A DNA stretch of 63,755 nt, the filler included, from Platydemus manokwari (taxonomy: Eukaryota): NCBI GenBank assembly GCA_037951405.1. It is 6 parts of 6 records of this genome, joined end to end, with 100 filler letters (N's around TTAATTAATTAA, not from the genome) between each part and the next. Parts side by side here need not be neighbours in the genome. Positions count along the whole stretch, not along the records: positions 1 to 10,464 come from JBBMOY011131663.1; positions 10,565 to 22,090 come from JBBMOY010624436.1; 4 more parts are not named here. One strand, written 5' to 3'. This document shows positions 1 to 13,449 of the stretch, in pieces. The position numbers were made by a program, and so were the translations under genes. The notes beneath the pieces were generated by a model. The model was not told the origin of the DNA. It was given only the letters and a program-made list of their open reading frames with translations, and made no database searches. The first letter of the stretch is position 1, and each line of letters begins with the position of its first letter.

Positions 1-919
1 GTCACATCATTGAACGGTACTTATGAGCGTCAATGTCATCATTATTATCTTTTTGCATAATTATCACAACATTTGATTATAAAGATTTTCATTCATAAAG
101 TGTTACAGATCATCAGCACTGTAGTAATAATGACAATGCAATCTCAAAAAGCTTACTCACTTAAGCGGGTTTGAATATTTAATCTGATCGTAATATTTGT
201 ACTACCATTACAACTCTCATTGCCTTCGTACAGATAATCAAGTGCGAAGCGAAGAAACATCACAACATGTTATATTACACCTTAGGTCTTTATATCACCA
301 AACCACGAGAGACTGATTATGACAATAGTTCTGCCTATCAACCATAAGGTTCGATCACACAGTAAAAAGAATAAAGCATATAAAGCCTGAACGTGTCAAA
401 CGCTTCGAGTAAATTTATTTACCGATTAATTGATTGCATCTCACACTGACCACGTGAGTGTGAAATGAATCGAGTATTTCAAATGGTAATACAAAATAAT
501 TGCCATGTTTTGATTATGACGATAATTCATTTTAAACATTTTTTACATTAATTGTATTATTAAGAGTTAATAAATACTTGATATGAGATGCTTTATCTTA
601 TTGTATAATATAATACACGGTATAGAACCTGTGATATGAAATAACACTTACAGTGATCAGAACAATAATCAATACACAGCGGGATCCACACCCGAAAGTT
701 AGACAGTGACAAAGATAACAACCATAAAGACTATTTGCTAGAAATTCACCTAAAAGTCACGATAAAATTTATATTCTTGTCAACATGGTCTGTCAAAGTT
801 ATTTCAAAAAATATAAAACGGATTACTGTGCATATTTTTTTTCAGAAGAACAAAAGCCATTCTTTAAAATTTATTTTATAATTTGCTTTAAATATAATTT
901 TAGAACATAAAAAATAATA

Positions 920-3025
920 TTAGACTTGTGTTTCTTTGGGGAATTTTTTTGGTTCATTTTTTTCTTCTAAAATAAACCCAACATTAATAAGGAAAGGGGA
1001 AACAATTTGCGAATGGCCTGGTCTATCTCCTCTGTCCATAATCAAAGATTGCCATTGATTTTTATGAGATAGCTTGTCTTGCACTTTGATTCGTGAAGAA
1101 GAATTGCAAACACTAGATCGTCGACGGATAATATCATTTAATTTATTACTGAAAACTGATTCAAGAAATTCTATTTTTGGTGATTCTGGTGATCTTTCCT
1201 TTAAAGACGTTGGCTCACCCTGTCTAACTAATTTACTTCTATTCCTCATAAGTTTTATTATTGTCAATTGAAGGTTTTCGTCATTCTCCTTTTGAGGTTT
1301 CCCAGTTTCATTTGGCCACAAAGATTTAGGAATATCAGATAAATGTTTGTCTGCGACATCTTTATTTAAACCAGCATAGTGTAATGCCAAAGATATTTGT
1401 TCGTATCTCTTAATAATTTTAAAAGTGTTATTATCATATGGATCATTAACAAGCCACGGTCGTACATAGGAATTGTCGAAATTCGAAATCCATATTCGAA
1501 ATCTGTTTCTTCCTCTTTGATTTATCAAAACCTCCAATCCAGATAAGAGATTATCAATAATGTTAGCGTTTAATTCATTATAAACACTCAATAGTTCGTG
1601 CTTCTCCGATCTTACACTGAGTAATTTCGCTAATGGTTTCATCGTTGTTCCCATGACAGAAACAGTGAATATTATAATCACTAAAGTCGTAGTATTGAAC
1701 AAAGACTTAACCGTTGAACCGCTTATAGGACCATTGTTGCCTAATATTTCTGGATGTATTAAAATCACTAATGAGAATGCTACAGCACCTCTTAGACCTC
1801 CGTATGTAGCAACAAACAATTCTGTCCAGGAAATCTTTCGTTGATCCACAGAGACGTAATTAATGCAAAATCTGAGAACTAAAATAACCAAAAACCGTGC
1901 TATTATACACAATAAAATTGAGGATATTTGAAAACCAACATTCCAGATTTGATCTACTAAAAACACCTCTAAACCAAGAAAGACAAATATAATGGCTTCA
2001 CTGGCACTAGCCATAAGCTCAGTAGCAATTTTCAAAGTCATTTGACAATCTTTAGTAATATTTTTAAATCCATATGCTGCTTGTATTATCCCGCAACCGA
2101 TAATACTAATGATTCCAGACCATTTTAATGTATATGCTAGAATGTAAGCCAAATAAGCACTTGAAATAATAATAATACAATGTATTTCATTGCTTGATTG
2201 AAATCTGGTCACAAGCGAAGATAACATTCCAATAATTATTCCAATCAAGAGACCACCGAAACTCACTGTAAAAAATGATATAAATCCTAAAAATATATTT
2301 AAGGCATTTATTCCTGTAGATCCTAAAACTATAAATTGTTTTATTATCTCGTACAATACAATAGTCACAGCATCGTTGAGTAATGATTCACCGAAAATCA
2401 TATAATAAAGTTCTTTATCGACGCCAAGGTCTTTAAAAATGGCCAATACCGCAACCGGGTCTACAGCAACTATCAAAGAACTGAATAAAAGAATGGCCAT
2501 CAAATTAGAGTTCGTTGGTCTCAATTCACCCATAATTCCGGAAACTTCCAATCCATACAAAGCAAATGCAATGATAAGAAAACTAAATACAGTTCCTAAA
2601 ACAGCGAAAATTATCACGATTCCCAGTATTTCACCGAATGTTCGATTATACATGTGGTATGCTGAATCGAGAACAATTGGCGGGAGTAATATCAAGAAAA
2701 ACAATTGCGGCGTGAATTCTGTGAGTTTGGATTGGAATGAAAAATATTTAATGATCACTCCACTGGCTATGCCGATTAATATCAATAAAAATGATTCCGG
2801 AAAATAAGATGAAATAAAATGAAATCTATGATAACATAACTTTCCAAAACTTACTAGAAAAATAAATATCGTGAAAAATAAATAACCCTTCGTTTGACCG
2901 CTATCCCAACCAACGATTTCTATGTGTTCTGTTTCATTATGTATCGAGCAACTACTTGTTTGAAAACATAGCAAAAATATAAAAATTACGAAATCCACGA
3001 AGTTCAATTTCAAATAAAAAGTCAT
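920..3025 (-). CDS. Sodium/hydrogen exchanger (SLC9A/NHE, plasma-membrane NHE2/3-like), single coding exon
   Basis: 701-aa ORF with an N-terminal signal-like segment and multiple TM helices. Carries NHE motifs FFLILLPPIVLDSAY, AVDPVAVLAIF, IFGESLLNDAVTIVLY and YGGLRGAVAFSL, followed by a cytoplasmic tail. Confidence 0.95.
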   Translation of the reverse strand: MTFYLKLNFVDFVIFIFLLCFQTSSCSIHNETEHIEIVGWDSGQTKGYLFFTIFIFLVSFGKLCYHRFHFISSYFPESFLLILIGIASGVIIKYFSFQSKLTEFTPQLFFLILLPPIVLDSAYHMYNRTFGEILGIVIIFAVLGTVFSFLIIAFALYGLEVSGIMGELRPTNSNLMAILLFSSLIVAVDPVAVLAIFKDLGVDKELYYMIFGESLLNDAVTIVLYEIIKQFIVLGSTGINALNIFLGFISFFTVSFGGLLIGIIIGMLSSLVTRFQSSNEIHCIIIISSAYLAYILAYTLKWSGIISIIGCGIIQAAYGFKNITKDCQMTLKIATELMASASEAIIFVFLGLEVFLVDQIWNVGFQISSILLCIIARFLVILVLRFCINYVSVDQRKISWTELFVATYGGLRGAVAFSLVILIHPEILGNNGPISGSTVKSLFNTTTLVIIIFTVSVMGTTMKPLAKLLSVRSEKHELLSVYNELNANIIDNLLSGLEVLINQRGRNRFRIWISNFDNSYVRPWLVNDPYDNNTFKIIKRYEQISLALHYAGLNKDVADKHLSDIPKSLWPNETGKPQKENDENLQLTIIKLMRNRSKLVRQGEPTSLKERSPESPKIEFLESVFSNKLNDIIRRRSSVCNSSSRIKVQDKLSHKNQWQSLIMDRGDRPGHSQIVSPFLINVGFILEEKNEPKKFPKETQV

Positions 3026-6000
3026 TTGGAGTTTGAAAAAAAATAAACTTTAACCATTTGATGGTAATTTCATAAATTTATATTGCAAAGTAGTTTGACC
3101 CAGTCATCATGTTTTCGATGATTTATATTGATTTATATATTTGTATATTTAGAATTATTGTCGTAATTTTACCTTACAATTCAGACTAAATATTTAATGA
3201 AAGTTAAAAATCTTATTAAAATTATTTAAAAACATTGAAACATTCAATTGCAAGGATAATTGCCAAATTCTTTCAAACTTTGACCAAGTTTAATTTAAAA
3301 AATTTAATTTTAATTCTACTCTAATTCAACTGAAATTACATTTAGTTTATTTACGAGCTCTATTTGCCAACGCTGTTTTACCAAAGAAACATAAAAATCA
3401 ACTGACCAATTTTAGTGCAAAAACCAAGGTCTGTTCAAAAGTGAGTTAATATTTATCAAGTTCTCATAATTTTCATGAAGAATATCATCAGAATTTCTTA
3501 AATCAAAGGATTACGGGTCTGTTTAATAAAAGTATTTGGTAAAAATATTGGCAAAAATAACTTGTTTCTACGTAAGTAACATCCATTAATTCTTATGAAA
3601 TTTTAATTAAATGAATAAAGTATTTCTGGTATTATTTTGAAAATAATTTAATCAGAATACGTGTAAACACTTGAAAATTATTTCGCAATATAGATTTGTA
3701 TAGAATGTAGTAATTCAAAGTTCAAATTTACGATGACTACAGTTTAAATTGTAATCTTAAAGTTTTGATTTACGTTTCAAGTACATACACTATTACTAAA
3801 CGACTCATCATTTTGAGATAAAATTTTAAATTGATCGGGGATATTTATTGTATAAAAATTAATTTCATCACACGATTCATTTGTTTAATAATAAATATAC
3901 TGTTTCTTATTTTACCTTGTAGAGAATTTGATAGAATTCGCATATTGGGATGAATTAACATGCACCCAATAGTGATTTTTATTGTTAGCGTTTTGTAATA
4001 CAAATTAAATAACCGACCATGGGATATATTTTCTTTACATGATACGAGATTTTTAACACAATAATGCAACCCAATATATCTAAATATTCTTGAGAAAATT
4101 GTGATTTTTATCATTGTAAAACATTTAGATAAAATGTGGTAAATACTTAGATTATTTATTATATTTTTGGTTGAGTAATTCTTGTGCATAATTATTGTTA
4201 GATTCTAGTCTATGAGAGTATGTACGCTTTTGTAAATTAGTCTTAGGTAACCAGAAACATTTTTCAAACGATTTTAGGACTATAAAAGGTCAAAAGTTTA
4301 ATTGAATTAACAATAATAAATTCACTCAGTAATGGTGCCCAAATAAAAAAGAAATATTTTCCTTAAACGCGATATTTTTCTAACGAATCAAAATATAAAT
4401 GTTTTCAAATTGCCACTTACAAAAGATTTATTCACAATAAATATATAAATTATCAAGAAAATACCAACTGATTTCTTACAATAATGATCGATAAATTCAA
4501 TAAATATTTTGTTAACAGATCATTTTAATTCCACACGTAATTTGACGCGTATGAGAGTACAAATTCTGCTAGTCAAAATTTATTGCAGAATGTTTGTATA
4601 TTGATATATGCGATACATATGTGAAATACATCTCTAATTCCAATCAAATTAAAACTTTGGTGTTAGACAAATCAAATAACAAGTGAAATAATAAATGGTT
4701 AATATGATCAATATAATGTCCATTGTGATATAAAACATGCGAAGTAACCATAGAAACCATGCAAATAATCATCAAAGGGTCGACACACCCAGATTCGATA
4801 ATCGCCCTTGCCAATAGCCAGATCAATCCACTTATAGAACTCGATAATCAATTTACGCACATTAAAAACAGACAACAAACATAAAGATATTCGGAACTAG
4901 AGAAGTAAGTTTGCTAATAAACTAACGTGCGAATGAATAGTAAAGCCTTGAGACATCAAGTAAACACATATGATAAGCCTATAAAAAGAGTTGGAACTCA
5001 TGAACATCCACAAATCTTTCTTAGTCAGTAGCTGTTATCCGTCATTAATTTTATGTTACTTACTAGCAACTAGTCTTTATGGTTACTATCTTTGTCATTG
5101 TATATCTTTCGGTTGTTGAATGGCTGTGTATTGATTAATGATTTAACCATCGTTAGTAATTCCAGATCATGATTACTTGGCGATTTAATCTTTTGTATAA
5201 TATTGAAATTCCTAATTATAAGTAACAATATGTTGCACTAAATAAATAGAAAATTTTAACATTTAAAAATAAATTTATATGCAATTTATATATAATTGTG
5301 CAGAACCTTATACTTCAAGATAGTGTCTGTTTTTTATATTGTTGGATTCTCAATAATTAGTTAAGCTTAGATTCCAAAAATAGAAGGCTAATATTATATT
5401 TTACTTGTGTACTATTATATAAACCTACACGTAATTATCATTTACAAGTTATCAAACAAAAAATTGGCTTCCAATTTTAGGTTGGTCATCTTTACATTGA
5501 TATTTATATTCGCGATCTATGTGTAATTTTTTGTGTCATGTAGTATCATATTTTGAATAGATCTTTTCTTTTCCATGTTCCTATTGGGTTTTTAAGTTTT
5601 TGTATGAGTGGGAATGGTCAATCTCTATATGTGTGTTGTTTTGAGGCTATGATCCTTTTTCCAATTGTCGTTTACCATCTGAATCCACTGTCATTGGCTA
5701 GTTACTACGCCTGTGTAGTTGTGTAGACATGCAAATGTTTAAAGTGTTTAAACAAGGATTCGAATGTGCAAATCTGTTTTTCTATTTAAAGAATTTCATC
5801 TAACTCAACAATATAAAAATTAATTTTTTTTTAAAAAAATTTATTTTTATGCTTTAATGTTTTATTAATTTTTTATTGTTTATTATAAAGGCATACGTGT
5901 GCGAATCTCACAAATGCTCGGTTCTAGTTTTTCGTTGTTGTGTTACCATTTTCAACAACTTTCTTGACTTTCTAATTTTATTTTGTTTTAATTTTGTCTA

Positions 6001-7430
6001 ATTTTAAAAGATAATTTGTGTTGAATTTCAAACACTGGTTGAGAAGCAAATGAACTAACGTATTGTATCAAGCATAACAGTGCGGAATTCCTTAATAGTA
6101 ACAAAATTCAAATAATGTGCAAAGAAAGTAAAACAGATACATTACCTTGAGCAATTACAAAAAAAATAAAAAGTTGACAAGAATAATTTTTAAGATTTAA
6201 AAACAAATCAAATTATTGATTAAATGTGGAGAGCTTAAGTAAATTATAGGGGAATATTCAAGTATTACTTAAAAATGTTATTTAAATGATTAAGAAAACA
6301 GGAAATCAGAAAAATTGAAGAAAAACTATTTTAATTTATATTAATTTTCTATAAAAGTTCTAAAAGCCTGTTGAATATAGACATAATGCCATTGGAAAAT
6401 ATTACAAGCCGATAGAGTTGTAAACGTTTTTTATTAAACTGATATATTGAGTTAATTGAAAGTTAACTAAATGAGCTCAAATTAGTCTCAAAGATTTATA
6501 CCTTTATATTGAAATATAAACCTTGTTCATTGGAATTCCCCTGGAAAACTGTTTTCTAGTTCTTTATTTAAATTTTTACTAAAAATAGCCAGTTGAAATG
6601 CACGTATTTTGATTTTGTTGAGAATTAATTTAAGTCTTAATTGCAATAATGCTTAAATAACTTACCGGTTTGTTTAGATGTAACAGAATAACGGTACTTT
6701 GTTTGTACTAATTATTGAATAAAAATTCCAAACCAGTGTGAATCAGTTATCGCTTAATTAGTGTCAAAATTTTAATTAAGGATGATAAACCTGTTTTGAT
6801 TTCGAATACATTCCGGACTTATTATTGTGAAATTAACAGAATTAATCTTGTAAAAATAAATGTCTTATGTTTAAGTAACATTAGTTGTATTTTAGACTTA
6901 TTATTATATAAATGACAATTTATCCGGAAAAAATTACTACTGCCATTATATTCTTGAAATAAATAATTTATTTTGGTTGCTAAATTATTTTTGTTGAATT
7001 AAAAATTGAATTTATTTTATTTTAATATAAATTATTTTTATTTCGATTTTGAAGAAATAATATCAAATATTAAGTTTAATTAAAAATTTTAATATTAGGA
7101 AAACGCTTAGTTAAAATAAATAAATGGAAAACAGTAATTGACCTGTTGGATTTCCGTTGTTTATATGATGTTTCAAACTCAACGGCGTGAGTATGATTAT
7201 TTAAATTTATACATTAAAATTATTCGATCAACACACAACTTCGTATACAGAGATTTATTTAAATTCACAAATGACGCACAGATTAACTCTTACAAATGAT
7301 TTTCAACAATACGTTCAGTTGTCTTGCTGAGGTCACAAGAAGTTTGATGATTACTAAATGGTTTTTAAGTAAATATGCTCTGCAAACATGTTGGTTAATA
7401 TCCAAGAGGTAACCTTTTGATAACTTAAAT

Positions 7431-9303
7431 CAGTGGTTCCCAACCATTAGGCCGAGGCAAAGATTATTTCTCTTCTGTGTCTTATGTGTGGCCAAACACC
7501 GTCTAATGAAGCAATGGTTCCAAGTAAGATGATAAGGTATTTTATTACAAATCATCCTAATCTTCAAACTAAAAATGTCGATTATTATTTCCAACGGTTG
7601 TTAAAATCAAATACAAGGCAAAGTCAACTATTTAAGAAAACAGTAAATGTGTCTGAAAAAGCTCAAAAGACTTGATATGAGGTAGGGTATATTATTGCTC
7701 TTAAATCGAAATCTCATATCAATGATTCTTCCAGCATGCAAAAGAATGCTGAAAATTATGCTTGGCAACAAGAAATAAACAAGATCCCTCTTTTAAATAA
7801 TATAATTCATAGAAGGATTCTTGACTTATCTGATACTATTGAAGAAAGTGCATTATCCAAATTTCAAAATAGCCTGTTTACTCTCCAAATCGATTAATCC
7901 ACTGACTATGCACAGTTAATTGCATTTATACATGTCATTGATGAAGATGCCATAATTAATCGATTTCTATGCTGCAAAACGTTAACCACAACCACAAGAG
8001 GCCAATATATTTTTGATAAAATCACAATATGCCTCGAAAAATATAGCTTATACTAGAATTTATGTCTGGGAATATCTACCGATGGAGCACTATGAATGGT
8101 TGGTACCGTTAAATGCTTTACATTTTTAGTGGAAAAACAGAATCCTTACATCTAGCGAACCCATTGTTTTTTAAGCAGAGAAGTTTTATTTTCAAAGGTA
8201 TCACAAAATGAACTAAAGGAGGCGTTGAATCAAGTAATCGGCATGTTAAATTTTATAAAAACTCTGCGGTTGAAGTCCAGAATTTTTGAGTTGCTGTGCA
8301 AGGATAAGGATTCTCATAATATACTTCTGCTATTGCACACAGAGACATAAGATGGTTATCGAAAGGAGAGATGCTATCTCGCGTAATTGAGCATCAGACA
8401 GAACTTTTTATTTTTTTGAAAATGTAATGCTGGGTATACTTTGTAAATTCCTTTAAAATGAATTGTGTATGTGTAAAATAGAGTACTTAAGTGAGATATT
8501 TGGACATCTCAATAGTCTGAATAGCAATATGCAGAGTAGAAAAAAATTCTAACGGCAACAGATAAATTAGTTACTTTTAAGAAAAAATTGAAATATCGAA
8601 GAAAAGAATGACGATAAACGATTTAAATGTTTCCATCAGTTCGTAAAACCTGCGTTACCGAGATGATTCTCATTATAAGTGAGCATTTGACAATATTGGA
8701 AAATAAACTTGAAGAATATTTCCCCTCAATCAGCAATGAAGAATTTCATTGGATTCGTAATCCTTTCCTATATTTATCGATCATTAATCTTTACACCTTG
8801 GAGTTATGTGAAGATAAAGAACTAGCGAGTCTTTCCAGAGATCGGTGACTCAAATTGAAGTACGCACAACTGCCATTAGACGCCTTTTGGATTTCTGTTA
8901 TGGAAAAGTATCCAACTCTTAGTAAAAAAAGCCATCAAAGTATTACTGCAATTCTCAACTTTGTACCTATGTTAACTGGGATTTTCTTATCTAAACAACA
9001 TTAAAAATAAAAAACGTGAAAGACTTAAAATCTTTGAAGTGTTAAGAGTATGTCTTTCTCACATTCGCCCACAAATTGCAGCAGTAGTAAAGAAGCACTA
9101 GGCACAATTGTCACCGTCATTATTATATACCCGGTATTGAATACAGGATATGTTGTTTTTATGTGAATAAAAATTCTCCTTATATGATCTTATTTGCTTT
9201 ATATTATTTCATTACAAAAAGTCTTTAGGGGTAGAAAATATTTATTTTTCGTGATAGACTTGCCGTGAAAATTTAACGATGCAAAAAATGTTGGGAATCA
9301 CTG
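7431..9303 (+). mobile_element. Degenerate hAT DNA transposon, Buster/Charlie (ZBED5/SCAND3-like) group
   Basis: TIRs CAGTGGTTCCCAAC (7431-7444) and GTTGGGAATCACTG (9290-9303, 1 mismatch). 8-bp TSD ACTTAAAT / ATTTAAAT with central TA. Stop- and frameshift-riddled transposase with motifs SNEAMVPSKM..., ID*STD (DESTD), STDGA, THCF..REVL, LLHTE, WIRNPF and FSTLYLC*LGFS. Confidence 0.93.
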
Positions 9304-10464
9304 ATTTAAATTATTAATTAGAAAATTGATTATCAAAAATATTAAAAATCACTTCTTAAATTGTACTGTTATTTTACAGATGCAAAAATTCGCTATTATA
9401 TTTCGATTTCCAATATTATATCGACAAACAATGTTTGTTAACACTTCAAAAATTACAATTAGAATTCATTTTCAGGATTTTCTATTAAAGTGACTTAGGG
9501 TTGAAATATGTCAGCTGATTTCGGGCACGTTTTGTAACGTTTTTAATTATTTCGAGAAATTTTTAATAATTTCTAAACTGTCATTAAAAATTAAAATCCA
9601 TTAATTCTCCTGGTTTACTTAATTTTATTTGTTTTTGCGATAATAAATTTAATAAAAAATTTGCGGAACAAAAATATTCTGATATAAAAGTATCCTAAGA
9701 CATTTATTTAGTATTTTTTTATTATCTTTTTATTTCTTTATTTTGTATCATATGTGATTCATTAATATGAAATGAATCTCAACAGGCAAATATTCAAAAC
9801 TTCCTGTTGAAAGTCCAATGTCACTGGTCACGCTATTTATCATTTATTAACAATGGGTTTCGATATTTATTAATTTATGCATAAAAATAGTGTCGATAAA
9901 TTATAACCAAAGTAAGCTAAATATGTATTTTGACAGACGAATAAAGGCTAATATAATTATATAAAGAATATAATTATATAGATAATTGTTAGTGTTATAT
10001 CTAAAAAATATAAAAGGTATAAATCAAAACTTCATTAATATAAACGTTTTATAAAATACATTAAAATTAAACCAGATAGTCGTCAAAAAGTTAATAAATA
10101 TACTTTTAAGAATACTTATAAACTTGAATCTTAATAATCAAAATCACGATGAGTAAAAATAGGATAATTTCTGGAATTTAATGACAATAACGACAGCTTG
10201 GATGACATCTCTTGCCCCAAAAGAACTGACAACCACAACCACCACTAGTGTCACCTTTACCCTTAAAATAAAAATATTTTAAAATATAAATTTTTTTATA
10301 ATGATTGTGTTAAAATAAGATTTTTCTTTGTAAAAACAAAACTGATTTTTCCAAAAATACTCGTGAAAGCTGAAAAGCCACATATATACTATTGGGTGTA
10401 TAACCTTAAAATTTCGATTTGATAAAAGATGTCGCTGGGAGTATTGCTTGCATATAATGTCGTA

Positions 10465-10564
10465 NNNNNNNNNNNNNNNNNNNNNNNNNNNNNNNNNNNN
10501 NNNNNNNNTTAATTAATTAANNNNNNNNNNNNNNNNNNNNNNNNNNNNNNNNNNNNNNNNNNNN
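10465..10564. other. Artificial contig spacer (44 N + TTAATTAATTAA + 44 N)
   Basis: Seen directly; the 12-mer gives stops in all six frames. Confidence 0.97.
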
Positions 10565-11469
10565 GTAACTATTATTTTACTGCTGAATAAATGTTATTAT
10601 AGGATATATATAATGAAGTTTAATTTAATTAAAAGATCAAAATGCAAAACTATAATAATAGCTGATAATTATCACAAAATATGAAACAAATATGTAAAAT
10701 TATTTGAGAGAAAACTATAATTTACTTTTTTATTTTTTGTGGAATTATTCTTTTAGATGTTTCGATGTTTAAAAATAAATAAAATACTTTTTAATTGATT
10801 TTAAATATTTAATATAATATATCCCTAATATACTTATATGATATAAGATTTTGTTTTAATATTATCAATTTATTCTATATTATCTTTCAAATTAAGATAG
10901 AAAATGTAAAGATTTATTTCAAAACCTAAAAGTTTCTCTTTTGAAAATCAAAGTGCCAAATTCTGGGTTTTTGTAGTCTAACTTTTGTACGTCGTAGTTG
11001 GTTTTCATAGGCATGAAAGTGTTCAGTGTGTACTTTTCTTTAATTCAATCTTCTCGTTTCGCGATCATTCCGTTTTTTATCAATTTTCAGGTTAAAATCT
11101 AATAAACAGAATATAAACATGTAACAATATCAAAACTCATCTCCGTGGTGATTTTGTTTTTGATCTCAAATGAAAATGGAAGGTAATGTTTATTCCATAT
11201 CCCATAATGGATTTATACACGGCTTTCTCCATAACAAGATGATCTCAGCAATCAAGATAGATCCCCACTACCAGTCCATAAAAATGAATAGAAAGGTGAA
11301 GAATACGGCAGTGTCTCTCATATACATATTATAAACAACAAACAAGAAAACTAATAATAGAAATACCAATAGTGATATTCTTTTTACATGTGTATAAGAC
11401 GTCATTTTTTCTGTTATTGTGCGTTCCATATATTGGCGGGGCTGTTTATATAACTATATAACTTATTTA

Positions 11470-12250
11470 GTTTATATATCTACATAACTTATATGATTCT
11501 ATAATAGAAGTAGAGACAAGAAGTGAAACCAACTCATTTGGACTCTTATTATCTAACCCCCTTCGTCTCAAGACTTCATCATTTTGTGGATCCTACGATC
11601 CTAAACAACCTACGTTTAACACGTGCACATGCACTGTAGTTCTTGATTGGCTAGCTATTTGAACTACTAGGTCTTCATACTTTTGGTTATTTCTCTCTAA
11701 GTCAATCCTAAAGTTTTCTTCCTTATAAAGTTGGATGTTAAGATCTACGAGAAATGTATATTTTTTCACATTTTTATTATCATAAGTTCGGATTATTAAG
11801 TCAGAACGTAAAGAGATTTTCACCTCATTTGGCGAGAATTCAACATCTACATTATAACCTAATACAATAAACCTTTTAACTAAAATTGCAAGACTGCATA
11901 ATGCTTAGAGGTCGTCCCATAAGGGTTACCAATGCAATGGTTGAGAACTGCAGTACCACATCGGCGGCAATTTAAATCTTTACCTTGCATTACACGGACA
12001 GGCCAAAAATTCAGAGTCAAAAGATTGTTTCTACCCAAGACCAGGAAGTGCCAAACCTGGTGATAACACAATTGAGTCCAAAACTCCCATTGAAACCTTG
12101 GATAGCGCAACATTTTTAATTAACATACTCTGGTACTTTTTCTCAGTCCAATAGATAAAACTCAAGAAACCAAACCCATCGTGAAGAATAGAACACAATT
12201 TATCCTTCATTTTGTTGTCCATCATATATTGTGAATCCATACAGATAACC
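11470..12250 (-). mobile_element. Degenerate 3' end of an RLE-type non-LTR retrotransposon (NeSL/R2/Utopia-like)
   Basis: Frameshifted pieces: RNNLL...CRRCG...VLNHC...KHYAV (CCHC knuckle plus RHxxV), then LRSDLII...VDL...QKYEDL...VLNVGCLGS (PD-(D/E)xK restriction-like endonuclease with KYxxL and VGxLG). Confidence 0.8.
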
Positions 12251-12279
12251 TTAACAAATATATTTCCTTCAAGAACGAC

Positions 12280-12810
12280 GGAATTACAATCTATTCCTCT
12301 CTTCCGCAGAGCCCAGACTACGAACTGAACCTTCGACCGCCAAGAGGTTGCCTAGTTCTTTTGTTATATCGTCAAACATTGCAGGATCGAGAGTAAATGA
12401 CTCTTTCAATTTCTTGCTATTTAGACACTGCAGAATAAATAATCTTGAAATTTCTTCAAAAGCGTATTTTTTGTCAAACACCTTCGAAACTTACTTCTTT
12501 ACACGAAGTTCAAAACTGCGATATTTTTCATCTGGTCTTCGTTGCATTGGTGCCAGATCCTGAAGCTTGTCGTATACTGTTTTGGCATGTGTAAATGTTT
12601 CTAAAAACTATTTCTCAATTTCTTCATTTGAAACAGCCTCTTTGAAACTGCTAAATTCTTGCCACAGCTATTTGGCGTCATCTCTACACGGCATGAACCA
12701 AGCCAACTGTGACTCTGGTTCACGAAGGTAGACAACATACAAAACAAACTTCAATACAAATTTTAAAGTCGTTGTGGGGGATTTTCCCACCGCCTCGTGA
12801 AGACCAATGT
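12280..12810 (-). mobile_element. Degenerate gag/capsid-like retrotransposon fragment
   Basis: Manual translation: LWQEFSSFKEAV...FLETF...YDKLQDLAPMQRRPDEKYRSFELRVKK*VSK, resembling the retrotransposon gag Q-x-x-x-E-x-x-x-x-F-x-x-R signature; contains in-frame stops. Confidence 0.5.
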
Positions 12811-13132
12811 TTATGTCAAATAAATATTAGAATTTTTTTTAATTTTTTTTATTTTCAAATGATAATTCTATTTGATTAAAGATCTTAAAAATCTTAAGTT
12901 GTTTGGAACCATTTCTCAGCGTCTTGGATTGATGAATCGAAGAATGATGGTTTAGAAATTTATAACTCCTGCGTTTTTACTGGCAGATTCGCAAAAAATT
13001 TCTGCCTGCCTTTTTGTTTAGCTCTATTTAGATCATTAATTTAGGCGTGGTCAGCTAAGAGAAAAGGGCTACTATAGCGCACATCCCAAAAGAAATATAA
13101 AAAGACACCATTTTAAATAAAGATTTATAAAA

Positions 13133-13432
13133 ATGGATCCAAATAAAATTACGTATGATGTCTATAAAGAAAATGAGACAATGAGAGAAAATCAGATGAA
13201 ACCGCATGTGAGGAGGATCTTTACATTGCCACTCCTTTTTTAATTTAATTGAAAGAAATCTCCCGTCCGTTTATAGGCCCTCGGAGATAAAGAAATCGAA
13301 AAAAAATCTAGATATAATCAACTCCCGCACGAGCCTTTCTATATTGAATATGCTAAAGAGACAGAGATTGTAAATAATTATTTACAGTGGTTAGACCAAG
13401 GTTTAGTTTTTATCCCACCGCCTTTAATCTAA
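13133..13432 (+). pseudogene. Small frameshifted ORF convergent with pPolB, possibly a Polinton accessory gene
   Basis: TATAAAAATG start context; MDPNKITYDVYKENETMRENQMKPHVRRIF... then, after frameshifts, ...EPFYIEYAKETEIVNNYLQWLDQGLVFIPPPLI*. No family recognised. Confidence 0.3.
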
Positions 13433-13449
13433 AATTATTAAATACAACT

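Noticed and set aside
1074-2807. Plus-strand ORFs overlapping NHE (and similar antisense ORFs over pPolB, RFC4, BRD8-like and env)
   Set aside because: They are antisense shadows of real coding frames with no motifs of their own.
10509-10520. Recurrent palindrome TTAATTAATTAA as a biological repeat
   Set aside because: It is always centred in 44+44 Ns, so it is an assembly linker.
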